From IMG/VR virus record IMGVR_UViG_3300042894_001948: 64,000 bases of DNA; one strand, written 5' to 3'. This DNA comes from a virus (taxonomy: Duplodnaviria > Heunggongvirae > Uroviricota > Caudoviricetes). The translations under genes and the position numbers were made by a program. The notes under the pieces are model-generated. The model ran no database searches, was not told the origin of the DNA, and worked only from the letters and a program-made list of their open reading frames with translations. This document shows, in pieces, positions 29,993 through 39,416 of this stretch. Numbering within the stretch: position 1 is the first letter of the stretch; every line of letters begins with the position of its first letter.

Positions 29993-30865
29993 TTATCGTT
30001 GTGGTCGCATACACGTCACAGAAGCCACTGACTCCCATGTGTTTGGCATACTCTTGCGCAAATCTGCGACTTTGAGTACCATACGCAAACTTAGTTCACG
30101 CATCTTCATCTTGTGTGTATCTATATAGTCTAGGATCTCTTGCTGCTCATCACCTTCAAACTCGTACTTGTCTAACATACCGTCAGCTACGATTTGTTTG
30201 ATGCGCAACATCTTTTCCCTATCTGTGTCTATAGTAAGGTCCAAGTAGTGGCAACGCGATTCTAATGCTTCTAAATGGTCCTTTAACTTCTTACTACGAA
30301 CATGATCAAACTTGACATTGGTAATGAATATGCAACCGCCTTCAAAGTTAAATGTGTTTGGAATACCTGCATCTTTCAGTATGCGTGACTCTGTGTGCCA
30401 ACTGATCCATCTGTTACGACCGCTATCTAACGCAGCTTTGAGCAGATTGAGCGCAACTTCATCAAATAACACACTATCCATGTCATCAAATACTACTACT
30501 GACTTCTTATCCTTATACTGGTACAACATTTGGTACAATCCTAATGCAGATATGTTGCCTTTAGCAATTTCATACTTCTTTAAACTTGGATCTTGCGCTA
30601 TAGTAGCGAACATATCGTTCTTTGATAACACTGCTTCTACACCATACGACTTACCAACTCCAGGTGGTCCACTTACTATCATTGCTCGTACATCACCTTT
30701 CTTTACTGCTTTGGTCATGTCTTCTAGTATAGTAAAGCGAGTCCGTAACCTGTCTACGATCTGCTCATCTGATTCGTGTGATACAGGTTCTACTGCTCTT
30801 TGCGCTATGGTAGCACGCGGCATGTCTGTTGATATAATACGTGGCTGTATAGTTGCTGTTGACAT
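29993..30865 (-). CDS. AAA+ / P-loop ATPase
   Basis: GPPGVGKS, VVFDDMD, IFITN, ALESR. Confidence 0.85.
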   Translation of the reverse strand: MSTATIQPRIISTDMPRATIAQRAVEPVSHESDEQIVDRLRTRFTILEDMTKAVKKGDVRAMIVSGPPGVGKSYGVEAVLSKNDMFATIAQDPSLKKYEIAKGNISALGLYQMLYQYKDKKSVVVFDDMDSVLFDEVALNLLKAALDSGRNRWISWHTESRILKDAGIPNTFNFEGGCIFITNVKFDHVRSKKLKDHLEALESRCHYLDLTIDTDREKMLRIKQIVADGMLDKYEFEGDEQQEILDYIDTHKMKMRELSLRMVLKVADLRKSMPNTWESVASVTCMRPQR

Positions 30866-31677
30866 AATTGCTCCGTTGTGTTTAAGTAAGTGTATATTAT
30901 ACTATAGTGTATAAAGGTTGTCAACTGGTTTGTTTACCGTAATCCCGCACTTGCAAAGCACAATCCCAGCATTGATAGTCCTAACCATGCTATATTCTGT
31001 GTATCTTCCCAGGCAAATATCCCTCCGCAGATTAATCCTACACTAAGTACTAACCATCCTAACCATACTACTATACCAATTACTACTATAGTAACAGCAG
31101 TGGAGAATATAAACATGAACATTGTTGCGCTCCTAGTTAATTAACATATACACACAGTATAACACACTGTTTTGGCAAAGTAAAGCATTTTTTTGGCACA
31201 ATTTTACCATTATCCATAGAGTTAATTAGTTTTGGTTTGGTGGCGTGGAGAGGGGCATAGCTACAATAAATACCCCAATCAAACCACATTGTTTACCATT
31301 TATCCCCATTGTAATCATAGGCCTCCCATCAATCTTCTCATTGTTTACCAAATCTCAAAATTTTTCTCTAAGGCTCAGTCAATCTCTATATATGTACAGC
31401 GGGGCCTATTAGTAGTGATATAAAATATCATTACTATAGCGTAGCCTATTAGTCACGCTATACGAGAGATCTCTTATACTCTTACTATAGCGTGTATCAC
31501 TATAGTCTCGACTACTATAGTATGGATATGTGTTACTGTTTGTTATTATACTATAGTGTGTTATGGTAAGTAAAGAGTTTATATTATCACTATCACTATA
31601 GTCTATACTACTATAGTATAGCAATGGATAAGTTGTTTTCTTTTTGTTTTGCTACAAATATGTTGCTTTTTTATGGA

Positions 31678-31941
31678 TTATACATAACGTCCGGGACTTC
31701 TAGTTGGAAAAGGATAATCTCTTACCGGAACAGCTGTGTATGTCAAGTCAATCAAGTGAATAAGTTTAGGATATACATTATCAGATCTCCATGGATCTAG
31801 ATTCTCAAACATACCACTATATATGATTTCAAACATAGTAGGGAATCGCCAGTCGTATTTGTCTTTGTGAGTACAAGTAATAATGAACAAGAAAGCTTCG
31901 TCTTGTTTCGTTTGGTATAAGTAGGGAGCAAGTTCGATCAT
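31678..31941 (-). CDS. Mini DUF1566/Lcl-like paralog (last in array)
   Basis: MIELAP..DEA..C..DWRFPT..PVRD. Confidence 0.75.
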   Translation of the reverse strand: MIELAPYLYQTKQDEAFLFIITCTHKDKYDWRFPTMFEIIYSGMFENLDPWRSDNVYPKLIHLIDLTYTAVPVRDYPFPTRSPGRYV

Positions 31942-32153
31942 AAGGTTCTCACTGGGATTACATAGAGTACATAATATTCTTGTAGAACTTGAAATCTACC
32001 TTCATGCCAAGCTGATGTAAACTGAAAACTTTTATATTCGTTAGCTGTTGGTAGTCGCCAGTCCTTATGGCCATTGTAGTCAAGTGTAATACAGTATAGC
32101 CAAGCTTCGTCATAAGTTATTTCTTGTTGTGTTTGTAGTGCTAGTTCAATCAT
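31938..32153 (-). CDS. Mini DUF1566/Lcl-like paralog
   Basis: YDEAWLYC..GHKDWRLPT..PVRT. Confidence 0.75.
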   Translation of the reverse strand: MIELALQTQQEITYDEAWLYCITLDYNGHKDWRLPTANEYKSFQFTSAWHEGRFQVLQEYYVLYVIPVRTL

Positions 32154-32314
32154 TTGCTTACTCTCGTAGGTACTGCTATAAAAAGGGTGTGACGACCTGA
32201 GACTTCTAAGCAGTGTATCCAATCATAGTGTCCATCGTGTGTACAGGTATAACAATAAAGCATCGCTTCGTCATATAACAAGGGTTCGCTCCGTAGGGCG
32301 AATTCAAGCGTCAT
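32150..32314 (-). CDS. Mini DUF1566/Lcl-like paralog, internally deleted (no RLPT)
   Basis: YDEAMLYC..HYDW then VPTR. Confidence 0.6.
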   Translation of the reverse strand: MTLEFALRSEPLLYDEAMLYCYTCTHDGHYDWIHCLEVSGRHTLFIAVPTRVSK

Positions 32315-32523
32315 AAGTCTCTTATAAGTCGTATTATCTTCCAATCTTGGTTTGTACTATTTCTCGATAAGTAGGGTATATCAACAAAAGTGTCGGTTAG
32401 TTCGCGAATAGATGCTGGCCTCCAGTCGTATTTGCCATTATGGGTACATGTAGCCGAGTATAGCCAAATCGAGTCTTGGTTCCAGTCATATAAATCGCTA
32501 ATAGGGGATAGTTCGTGTTTCAT
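32311..32523 (-). CDS. Mini DUF1566/Lcl-like paralog
   Basis: TCTHNGKYDWRP..IRDL. Confidence 0.7.
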   Translation of the reverse strand: MKHELSPISDLYDWNQDSIWLYSATCTHNGKYDWRPASIRELTDTFVDIPYLSRNSTNQDWKIIRLIRDL

Positions 32524-32738
32524 ACGTCTCTCACTGGGGATACCTTCCATCTATATGGTACCAGTGTCTTATGTTTAAAATCACTAGCATTCCAACTACC
32601 GGTTATAATCAAGTCTGCACATTCTCTTATAGTAGGCATTCGCCAGTCATACTTGTTGTCGTGTGTGCAAGTGTATATGTAAATTTCGGCGTTATAGGCA
32701 TCTAGTTTGGCGGTAGTCTTAGGGGCTTGTTCAATCAT
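32520..32738 (-). CDS. Mini DUF1566/Lcl-like paralog
   Basis: KYDWRMPT..PVRD. Confidence 0.75.
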   Translation of the reverse strand: MIEQAPKTTAKLDAYNAEIYIYTCTHDNKYDWRMPTIRECADLIITGSWNASDFKHKTLVPYRWKVSPVRDV

Positions 32739-32946
32739 TGTTAGTTCTCACTGGGGTTACATGACGGTCAGGCAATTTATCATCGGGTCTATCTTCATAC
32801 CAAGTCCTTATAAGTTTGGATCTGTTGTATTCTTTATAAGTTGGTAATCGCCAGTCATAATGATTGTGGTGTGTACAGGTAACGCAGTATAGCCATGCTT
32901 GGTCATATTCTACAAGTGTGTATGCTCGTGGGGCGAATTCAAGCAT
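32731..32946 (-). CDS. Mini DUF1566/Lcl-like paralog
   Basis: HYDWRLPT..PVRT. Confidence 0.75.
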   Translation of the reverse strand: MLEFAPRAYTLVEYDQAWLYCVTCTHHNHYDWRLPTYKEYNRSKLIRTWYEDRPDDKLPDRHVTPVRTNND

Positions 32947-33154
32947 CTTTATCTCTCACTGGGGTTACATGATATAATGGATCTAGGAACATATATCTAG
33001 TTTCATGCCAAGACAAACTACACCGAGAACTCTTATATTCGTCGGCTGTTGGTATACGCCAGTCATAACAGTCATTGTGGCCAAGTGTAATACAGTATAG
33101 CCAAGCTAGGTCATAGTCCATAAGTTCCGGTGTTCGTGGGGCTAGTTCAATCAT
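32939..33154 (-). CDS. Mini DUF1566/Lcl-like paralog
   Basis: YDWRIPT..PVRD. Confidence 0.75.
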   Translation of the reverse strand: MIELAPRTPELMDYDLAWLYCITLGHNDCYDWRIPTADEYKSSRCSLSWHETRYMFLDPLYHVTPVRDKDA

Positions 33155-33344
33155 CTCTTAATCCTCTGATAGGACAAAATTGTATGTTGCGGCGTTGATC
33201 AGTTGTTCTTAGTTTAACATTATTGGAGAAGTCGCCAGCAGTTGGCATTCGCCAGTCATACTTGTCGTTGTGTGTACAAGTTATCGCATATAAGAATGCA
33301 TCGTCGTATGGCATCAAATGCGACATAGGGGCTGCTTCAATCAT
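33147..33344 (-). CDS. Mini DUF1566/Lcl-like paralog
   Basis: KYDWRMPT..PIR. Confidence 0.75.
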   Translation of the reverse strand: MIEAAPMSHLMPYDDAFLYAITCTHNDKYDWRMPTAGDFSNNVKLRTTDQRRNIQFCPIRGLRDD

Positions 33345-33558
33345 CTTTAGTTCTCACAGGGGTTACGTATGTTCGGTGTTCAAAATAGTCTCGCTCATAC
33401 CATTGTCCAAGTATCAAAGGTTGATACTTTCTTCCAAAGTGTTCTAGCATCGTGGGCATACGCCAATCGTATTTCTTTTTATGGGTGCAAGTGGCTACGT
33501 ATAGCCAAGCTTCGTCATATGAGAAGTTACGTCGTTTAGTAGTAGCTTGTTCAATCAT
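33337..33558 (-). CDS. Mini DUF1566/Lcl-like paralog
   Basis: KYDWRMPT..PVRT. Confidence 0.75.
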   Translation of the reverse strand: MIEQATTKRRNFSYDEAWLYVATCTHKKKYDWRMPTMLEHFGRKYQPLILGQWYERDYFEHRTYVTPVRTKDD

Positions 33559-33754
33559 CTTTGTCTCTCACTGGAGTTACATAGAACCAATCGTATGGTT
33601 GTGAAAAACTTTTCTTGATAATACTGGGGTGCTCTGATACATCTCCAATAGTAGGATATCGCCAGTCATACTTGTTGTTGTGAGTACAAGTAACGCAGTA
33701 TAGCCAAGCTTCGTTATAAGAGAGTACCTGGAACTCAATAGCAAACTCAAGCAT
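33551..33754 (-). CDS. Mini DUF1566/Lcl-like paralog
   Basis: KYDWRYPT..PVRD. Confidence 0.75.
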   Translation of the reverse strand: MLEFAIEFQVLSYNEAWLYCVTCTHNNKYDWRYPTIGDVSEHPSIIKKSFSQPYDWFYVTPVRDKDD

Positions 33755-33977
33755 CTGTATCTCTCACTGCTATTAAAATAAAGCGGTCGAGTGGCTCTAT
33801 ATATGGACTTTTGATTAGTGAATCACACCATATTGGACTTGGACCACTTGTAAGTTTTACGCATTCATCGCGTGTTGGAAAACGCCAGTCGTATTTGTTT
33901 TCGTGTGTTAGTGTCCAAATGTAAAGTTCAGCTTCTTCACACGATTTTGAGTGTGATACAATTTTAGCTTCAATCAT
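33747..33977 (-). CDS. Mini DUF1566/Lcl-like paralog
   Basis: KYDWRFPT..AVRD. Confidence 0.75.
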   Translation of the reverse strand: MIEAKIVSHSKSCEEAELYIWTLTHENKYDWRFPTRDECVKLTSGPSPIWCDSLIKSPYIEPLDRFILIAVRDTDA

Positions 33978-34206
33978 CTTTATCTCTCACTGGGTAAACT
34001 GCTCGTTCTGAATCCTTAGCGTAATGTACGGTATAGTCAGACCAGGTGCTATGCCAGGTCATAGGAGGCATCTCATCAGTGTCATCATACTCAGCAGCTG
34101 TTGGAAAACGCCAGTCGTATTTGTTGTTGTGGGTTAGGGTATAGATGTATAGCATTGCTTCGTCTATCGTTACAAAGCAGTCGTCATGTGGTCCTAATTC
34201 AATCAT
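33970..34206 (-). CDS. Mini DUF1566/Lcl-like paralog
   Basis: KYDWRFPT..PVRD. Confidence 0.75.
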   Translation of the reverse strand: MIELGPHDDCFVTIDEAMLYIYTLTHNNKYDWRFPTAAEYDDTDEMPPMTWHSTWSDYTVHYAKDSERAVYPVRDKDD

Positions 34207-34430
34207 ATAGTTCTCACTGGGATCAATGCGCATTTCATATCATCCAACTGACCCATAAGATCATGCTGATGCCAACATACTGGGCGTTTGGGTATATCAG
34301 GAGTAGCGTGCCGTAGTTCCATTATAGTAGGAAGCCTCCAATCGTAGTGATTGTTATAGGTTAGCGTCATGCAGTATAGTTCAGCTTCATCTATAGTAAC
34401 AAACTTGATCATAGGTGCTTGTTCAAACAT
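34203..34430 (-). CDS. Mini DUF1566/Lcl-like paralog
   Basis: HYDWRLPT..PVRT. Confidence 0.75.
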   Translation of the reverse strand: MFEQAPMIKFVTIDEAELYCMTLTYNNHYDWRLPTIMELRHATPDIPKRPVCWHQHDLMGQLDDMKCALIPVRTI

Positions 34431-34641
34431 CTTTATCTCTCACTGGAATTACATAAAGTTCCATCCATAGGACCATATCGGGTATTCTATCAATATGCCA
34501 AGTAGTAGCTGGGAAGTGGTTGTGTTCTTTTGATGTAGGCATACGCCAGTCATATTTTCGTCTATCGGTACAGGTATAACAATACAGCAGTGCTTCGTCA
34601 TACTCTAATTGTTGTGCTGATTGATATCCTGTTTCAATCAT
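34423..34641 (-). CDS. Mini DUF1566/Lcl-like paralog
   Basis: KYDWRMPT..PVRD. Confidence 0.75.
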   Translation of the reverse strand: MIETGYQSAQQLEYDEALLYCYTCTDRRKYDWRMPTSKEHNHFPATTWHIDRIPDMVLWMELYVIPVRDKDV

Positions 34642-34883
34642 AAATCTCTCACTGGTATCACATACCATGCTCTGCGCCATGCTGGCTTGCTTTCATACCA
34701 CGCTCCAGACATTAAATCCTCGTCAAAATACTCTTTTCTGGTTGGTAATCGCCAATCATAATATCCCCTATGGTCACATGTTAAACAGGTCAAAAACGCA
34801 TCATCATATGAGTTAATGCCTCGAGATGTTAACTCAAACAACGAGTTGTTAACTCTTTCTAATTTTGGTCCAAACTCTATCAT
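34638..34883 (-). CDS. Mini DUF1566/Lcl-like paralog
   Basis: YYDWRLPT..PVRD. Confidence 0.75.
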   Translation of the reverse strand: MIEFGPKLERVNNSLFELTSRGINSYDDAFLTCLTCDHRGYYDWRLPTRKEYFDEDLMSGAWYESKPAWRRAWYVIPVRDL

Positions 34884-35137
34884 ACATCCCTCACTGGAAT
34901 AACTTTAGCTTTAAAGGGAACCACTGACCTGTTATCTAGATCAAACATTTCAAACAATGGGTCACGTACTGTGTTTTCAGTCCACACTAATATTACTTCT
35001 CGGTTTAGTATTTGTCTCATTTGAGGTAGTTCTTCAAATGTAGGCAAGCGATAACCCTGTTGGAAGAATATGTGCATCAATGCTTCGTTTTGTGTAGATT
35101 GTTCAAGCCATAGTTCTTTAGGTGCTAGTTCTATCAT
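34880..35137 (-). CDS. Mini DUF1566/Lcl-like paralog
   Basis: GYRLPT..PVRD. Confidence 0.75.
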   Translation of the reverse strand: MIELAPKELWLEQSTQNEALMHIFFQQGYRLPTFEELPQMRQILNREVILVWTENTVRDPLFEMFDLDNRSVVPFKAKVIPVRDV

Positions 35138-35415
35138 CTGTATCTCTTATTAAACAGTATGTCTTTATTATAACACGTTATGCTGGGTATGTAAACAAAT
35201 TTAACATCTCTCACAGGGGTTAAGTACCAGTTAGTAAACTCATCTACTTTTTCGCGATGCCACGACTTTTCTATAGCTCGGGCAGGACCGTAGTAGTATT
35301 CGTATTCGGTAGGCATGCGCCAGTCTTTCTTTCCATTATGTACAAACATGAATAAGTTTAATATGGCTTCGTCGTATGTCATACGTTGTGCGAATCTTGG
35401 GGCTATTTCAATCAT
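35134..35415 (-). CDS. Mini DUF1566/Lcl-like paralog with C-terminal extension
   Basis: KKDWRMPT..PVRD; the extension overlaps a promoter-like TGTTATAAT. Confidence 0.7.
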   Translation of the reverse strand: MIEIAPRFAQRMTYDEAILNLFMFVHNGKKDWRMPTEYEYYYGPARAIEKSWHREKVDEFTNWYLTPVRDVKFVYIPSITCYNKDILFNKRYR

Positions 35416-35639
35416 AAGTCTCTCACTGGGGTTATTGTCCAATAGATTGGGCCGTATGATAACTCATGTTCAAATACATATAAGTCATATTCATTCCAGC
35501 CAGTAAGATTATGTTTGCTTGATTCATGTAGGGTAGGCAGACGCCAGTCATACTTGTTGTTGTGTGTACAAGTCCAAACATATAGGAATGCTTCATCTCT
35601 GTGTAGTTGAATAGATGGGAGAGCTAGTTCAAGTTTCAT
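35412..35639 (-). CDS. Mini DUF1566/Lcl-like paralog
   Basis: KYDWRLPT..PVRD. Confidence 0.75.
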   Translation of the reverse strand: MKLELALPSIQLHRDEAFLYVWTCTHNNKYDWRLPTLHESSKHNLTGWNEYDLYVFEHELSYGPIYWTITPVRDL

Positions 35640-35893
35640 AGGTCTCTCACTGGGGTTACATAACGAACTATATCACTACTATGTTCTCCGTGATCATCCC
35701 ACCCTATCAATGGTGGATTATGGCTTAGCCATTCTTGTAACGTAGGCAACCTCCAATCTCTATGTCCATTGTGTTCATAGAACATGATATACATCTTAGC
35801 ATGGTCGTACGTCATCATTTCATTAGACGTTGGAGCTACTTCAATCAAATGGTGAAACCTTATATTATTAGCATAGTAACTAACCTGGGTCAT
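35636..35893 (-). CDS. Mini DUF1566/Lcl-like paralog
   Basis: GHRDWRLPT..PVRD. Confidence 0.75.
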   Translation of the reverse strand: MTQVSYYANNIRFHHLIEVAPTSNEMMTYDHAKMYIMFYEHNGHRDWRLPTLQEWLSHNPPLIGWDDHGEHSSDIVRYVTPVRDL

Positions 35894-36129
35894 AGCGATC
35901 GTACAGGCACTACTCGCATTTTAGCAGGTTGTTGATGTACTTTCTCTGCAAGCTGATCTCTGTCTTCATACCATTTAGGTATTACGTTACCTGGGTAGCG
36001 TAGCATTGTCTGAAAGTATTCCTGTTCAGTTGGAAGCCTCCAAGTGCCTACTGGCTCATGCCAGAAGCAATACATATATGCCGCATCATAGTTTAAGTCT
36101 TCTTCTGATTTCTTACCATATTCTATCAT
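35890..36129 (-). CDS. Mini DUF1566/Lcl-like paralog
   Basis: TWRLPT..PVRS. Confidence 0.75.
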   Translation of the reverse strand: MIEYGKKSEEDLNYDAAYMYCFWHEPVGTWRLPTEQEYFQTMLRYPGNVIPKWYEDRDQLAEKVHQQPAKMRVVPVRSL

Positions 36130-36368
36130 GTTATATCTCTCAGTGGTATAGCTGTTCCGGTTTCGTCGTCTGGTATAGCGTCGCTATCTATTGCATCTAA
36201 TGTCCATGCGTCCCACATAGTGTGGTCTATATCTAATATATTATCTTGTAGTGAATGCATCTCTTCAAGGGTTCCAATCCTATAGCCTTTTGTCATAAAG
36301 ATATACATCTTAGCTTCTGTTTTTGTTACGTTATACTTCCACATCTCCGGTGGAGCTAGTTCTATCAT
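36126..36368 (-). CDS. Mini DUF1566/Lcl-like paralog
   Basis: MIELAP..GYRIGT..PLRD. Confidence 0.7.
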   Translation of the reverse strand: MIELAPPEMWKYNVTKTEAKMYIFMTKGYRIGTLEEMHSLQDNILDIDHTMWDAWTLDAIDSDAIPDDETGTAIPLRDIT

Positions 36369-36745
36369 TTCTTGTCCCGTACTGGTTGTGCATACCAGTC
36401 TTTATCTGTTACTACGTTGTCCTTTTCAACTAGCCATACAGGTGTCTCCCAACCGTTAATAGTTTCCCATTCTTCACGCGTTGGAAGTCTCCAGTTGCTA
36501 TGCCCGAGATGTCTACAAAAGAGAATATACATTTGAGCTTCATCAAATGACATTTTGTTTTGTGACCTAGGAGCTACTTCTATGTTTAACATTGTTCTGC
36601 CTGCCCATCTAAGTACCGGCTTAATAACTTGTTCGCCAAGTCCTGTCCTTAACTCTTGCATATGGCTGTTACTGATTATTGGGCGTGAAAAATATGAACT
36701 TTGCAGTGGCCGCATTGGTGGCGGGTTGGTTGGTATTAATCCCAT
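36365..36745 (-). CDS. Mini DUF1566/Lcl-like paralog (first in array; possible internal start 36592)
   Basis: IEVAP..GHSNWRLPT..PVRD. Confidence 0.7.
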   Translation of the reverse strand: MGLIPTNPPPMRPLQSSYFSRPIISNSHMQELRTGLGEQVIKPVLRWAGRTMLNIEVAPRSQNKMSFDEAQMYILFCRHLGHSNWRLPTREEWETINGWETPVWLVEKDNVVTDKDWYAQPVRDKK

Positions 36746-36933
36746 GTTGTACCTGCTTCACGTATTCTATCGTGGATGTCTCTTTTTGATTCAACAATAT
36801 TAAACTGATGGCTTCCTACTACAATCAGACCATCGTGAAATGCTACAATGTCTTTTACTCTAATGTCTATTTTGTATGTGTCTACTTGTACTGTTGACTT
36901 ATGGACTACTCTGTTTAATGTTATAAAGCTCAT
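36736..36933 (-). CDS. Hypothetical protein
   Basis: AAGGA SD. Confidence 0.6.
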   Translation of the reverse strand: MSFITLNRVVHKSTVQVDTYKIDIRVKDIVAFHDGLIVVGSHQFNIVESKRDIHDRIREAGTTWD

Positions 36934-36990
36934 GATATTTCCTTAAAGAGGATTGGCGTAGTAGTGATTATACCTACTACGCCAATAATG

Positions 36991-37236
36991 TTATTCGGAT
37001 TTGCTAATCTGTTGACCAAAGCTAATTAAGTAATTACCAAAACATCCGCGCTGTATCATTAGTTTAGTATCGGCGTCTGGTGCTAAGGTCCTAGCAGTTT
37101 CCATACATTGATTAAGTTGTGTACCTTCTGGTGAATCATCATCTGGGATTGAATAGACCCATATACCAAATATCAATACAGTTGCAGTAATGATATACGA
37201 GAAGATGTTGATAGCGGTAATTACGTGTTGTTTCAT
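36991..37236 (-). CDS. Small membrane protein
   Basis: N-terminal TM; SD. Confidence 0.6.
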   Translation of the reverse strand: MKQHVITAINIFSYIITATVLIFGIWVYSIPDDDSPEGTQLNQCMETARTLAPDADTKLMIQRGCFGNYLISFGQQISKSE

Positions 37237-37251
37237 GTGTTTCCTTATAAG

Positions 37252-37527
37252 TTATTGGATACGATAGCTAAAGCGATAGTCCGCATTAGGATCAATTTTG
37301 CGCATTTGCGCTCTAGTGTCAGTTCTTGGAAGATGAATCTGTTTGGGGGCTTGTGCCTCTACACAACAGTTCACTTCTAATTTAGTTGGGCATACTTCAT
37401 ACAGACTTTGGCCTGAACAACGAACGTGTGCATAAAACCCAGTAGGGTCTTTATAAGCTGGAATAGTAACTAATGGATCAGCCATTACGTTGGATGTTAG
37501 AGCTAATGCTAGTAATACACGTTTCAT
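37252..37527 (-). CDS. Small secreted protein
   Basis: Signal peptide MKRVLLALALTSNVMA; SD. Confidence 0.65.
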   Translation of the reverse strand: MKRVLLALALTSNVMADPLVTIPAYKDPTGFYAHVRCSGQSLYEVCPTKLEVNCCVEAQAPKQIHLPRTDTRAQMRKIDPNADYRFSYRIQ

Positions 37528-37973
37528 ATCTTACTCCCAAGTATGTTCTACAGTTTGCTCAGTGTCAATAACATCTTGCATTTCGTCTAACATATCTGTT
37601 AGTTCTTTATCTGAATACAAGCCTGGGTTCTCAATATAAGACATTGCACGATCTAATAATTGGATTAACTCGTTACGTGTGTAGTTTGGCATAGTAGTCT
37701 CCTTAAAGTGATTGGATTGCTTGTTCTAAGTATGCAAAGGTAACTGTTTTTTTAGTACCCTTAGGTAATCCTAACAACTGGCAAGCTAAGGTGTTAGCTG
37801 ATTTGCCGCGGCCCTTTAATCCCTTAATCTCTAAGCCTAGTGCAGACTTTAAGGTTAGCAGTTTGTACTTGTTAATCTGTTCCGGGGTAGTTAAGGCGTA
37901 CATTGTTGTGCTCCGCATTGTGTGTTAGTAAGTGCATAGTATAACATACTATGCACTGGTAAGCAAATGGTAA

Positions 37974-38405
37974 TTAAATCAAAGTTAGTACCGGGTCTGG
38001 CTTACATGGTTGATCAATGCGCTCTAACGGCCTAAAGTAATTGCTAACAACCAACTTAAGATGTTTAGGCGTAGGATTTTCTTCAACTAAATCTTCTATT
38101 TCCCAACCATAGATTTCTTTAGGTGAAAGTAGTTCTGTATCTAACACACTATCTTGCAAGTGTTCAATTAAGTCATACAGTTTTGTTGCTACCTCATGTT
38201 CAACTGTCTTAAGCCATAGCTTAATGGATGGCATAGTGTTCCACTTAATGTCGTCGTCACCATGCCATAGTTTATCAATAATGTGATGCATTGTTGCTGC
38301 TTCAGATGCATCATGTTTCTCTAACCACGATCTAAAAAAACGCAAATCGATCCAATGAACATCTTCTAAATATATACTAACTGATTTAGTGTTTACTTGT
38401 GACAT
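37974..38405 (-). CDS. Hypothetical protein
   Basis: Promoter and SD. Confidence 0.7.
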   Translation of the reverse strand: MSQVNTKSVSIYLEDVHWIDLRFFRSWLEKHDASEAATMHHIIDKLWHGDDDIKWNTMPSIKLWLKTVEHEVATKLYDLIEHLQDSVLDTELLSPKEIYGWEIEDLVEENPTPKHLKLVVSNYFRPLERIDQPCKPDPVLTLI

Positions 38406-38451
38406 AATGCTCCTTTGTTGTTTAACTTAAAAACATATTATAGCAAAGTTA

Positions 38452-38715
38452 TTACTGAACTGCAACTGGTGTTTGCGCCGTGATGGCGTATGTATAGTTG
38501 TGTCGGCTAACTGAGTTGTGACAATGTACACCGTTAATCCATGTTGGGTCTTTTGCTAGTTGATCGTTGTGTATCTTGTTCATCACTTGTATAGAATGCA
38601 ATGCTTTCTGTGGAGTAACAATCGGTTGTTGAACTTCTTTTTGTTTAGCATACACTTCCATAACATATTTGGCATCTGATAGTATTGCTGATACGCATGA
38701 TATTGAGTTTGACAT
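38452..38715 (-). CDS. Hypothetical protein
   Basis: AGGAG SD. Confidence 0.6.
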   Translation of the reverse strand: MSNSISCVSAILSDAKYVMEVYAKQKEVQQPIVTPQKALHSIQVMNKIHNDQLAKDPTWINGVHCHNSVSRHNYTYAITAQTPVAVQ

Positions 38716-39140
38716 ATAATCTCCTTTTTTGTTTTGTTTTTGCTTGTTTTTATTTACTTAATACATTGTATTACTTTATAATTTACGCGCTGGATACCAG
38801 CTTTAACACATGATTTTTTGCTGTAAAATATTAAACTTTACAGCAAAATTAACGCAGTTAAATGGTGTAAAGGTAAACGCCGTTGCCCATATCCACTACA
38901 CCCGGAGCAGGTATGAGTTCATACTCATAAGAAATAGTAGCGTAGAGAAACCACGCTACCAAAAATAGTATTTCAATTATTGTTCTTTTACTTAGCATAT
39001 CCGTAATTACCTAAAAGTTGGACTATCAAAATCTTCATCAGTCCATATTGCAGTAAACCCTTCATACTCGCCGTTCTTATCATAAGATGGTATACCGCCG
39101 TACTCGTTATGATAGTGACGATCCTTAAGGATCGTAGCCA

Positions 39141-39416
39141 TTAAGCTTCTGCCTCTTCCCAATGATAACTTATACTCGCATAGCCATTAGCCGCAGTGTT
39201 GTTTACAGCATTGTTTAAGTTAGTGATAAGAGACGCGATGCTCTTAGGTTTTTGATTGATCTTTTTGTTACCCTTTTCATGTTGCCAGCTTGCGCCGCAT
39301 TCCAATGTGTAAGCGTGTGCGTGGATTAGCACATCTAATTCTGCTGTTATCGCAGACGTAGTGCCGCTACGGTGACGAGTTGATACTACTCTAAACATTT
39401 TTTTTGCTCTAGCCAT
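39141..39416 (-). CDS. Hypothetical protein
   Basis: GGGGAG SD; YTLECGASW..EKGNKKIN motif. Confidence 0.65.
   Translation of the reverse strand: MARAKKMFRVVSTRHRSGTTSAITAELDVLIHAHAYTLECGASWQHEKGNKKINQKPKSIASLITNLNNAVNNTAANGYASISYHWEEAEA

Noticed and set aside
31678-36745. Integron cassette array
   Set aside because: Genes overlap with no room for attC sites; no integrase seen
38815-38850. Hairpin TTTTGCTGTAAA/TTTACAGCAAAA as ncRNA
   Set aside because: Single AT-rich stem with no supporting features
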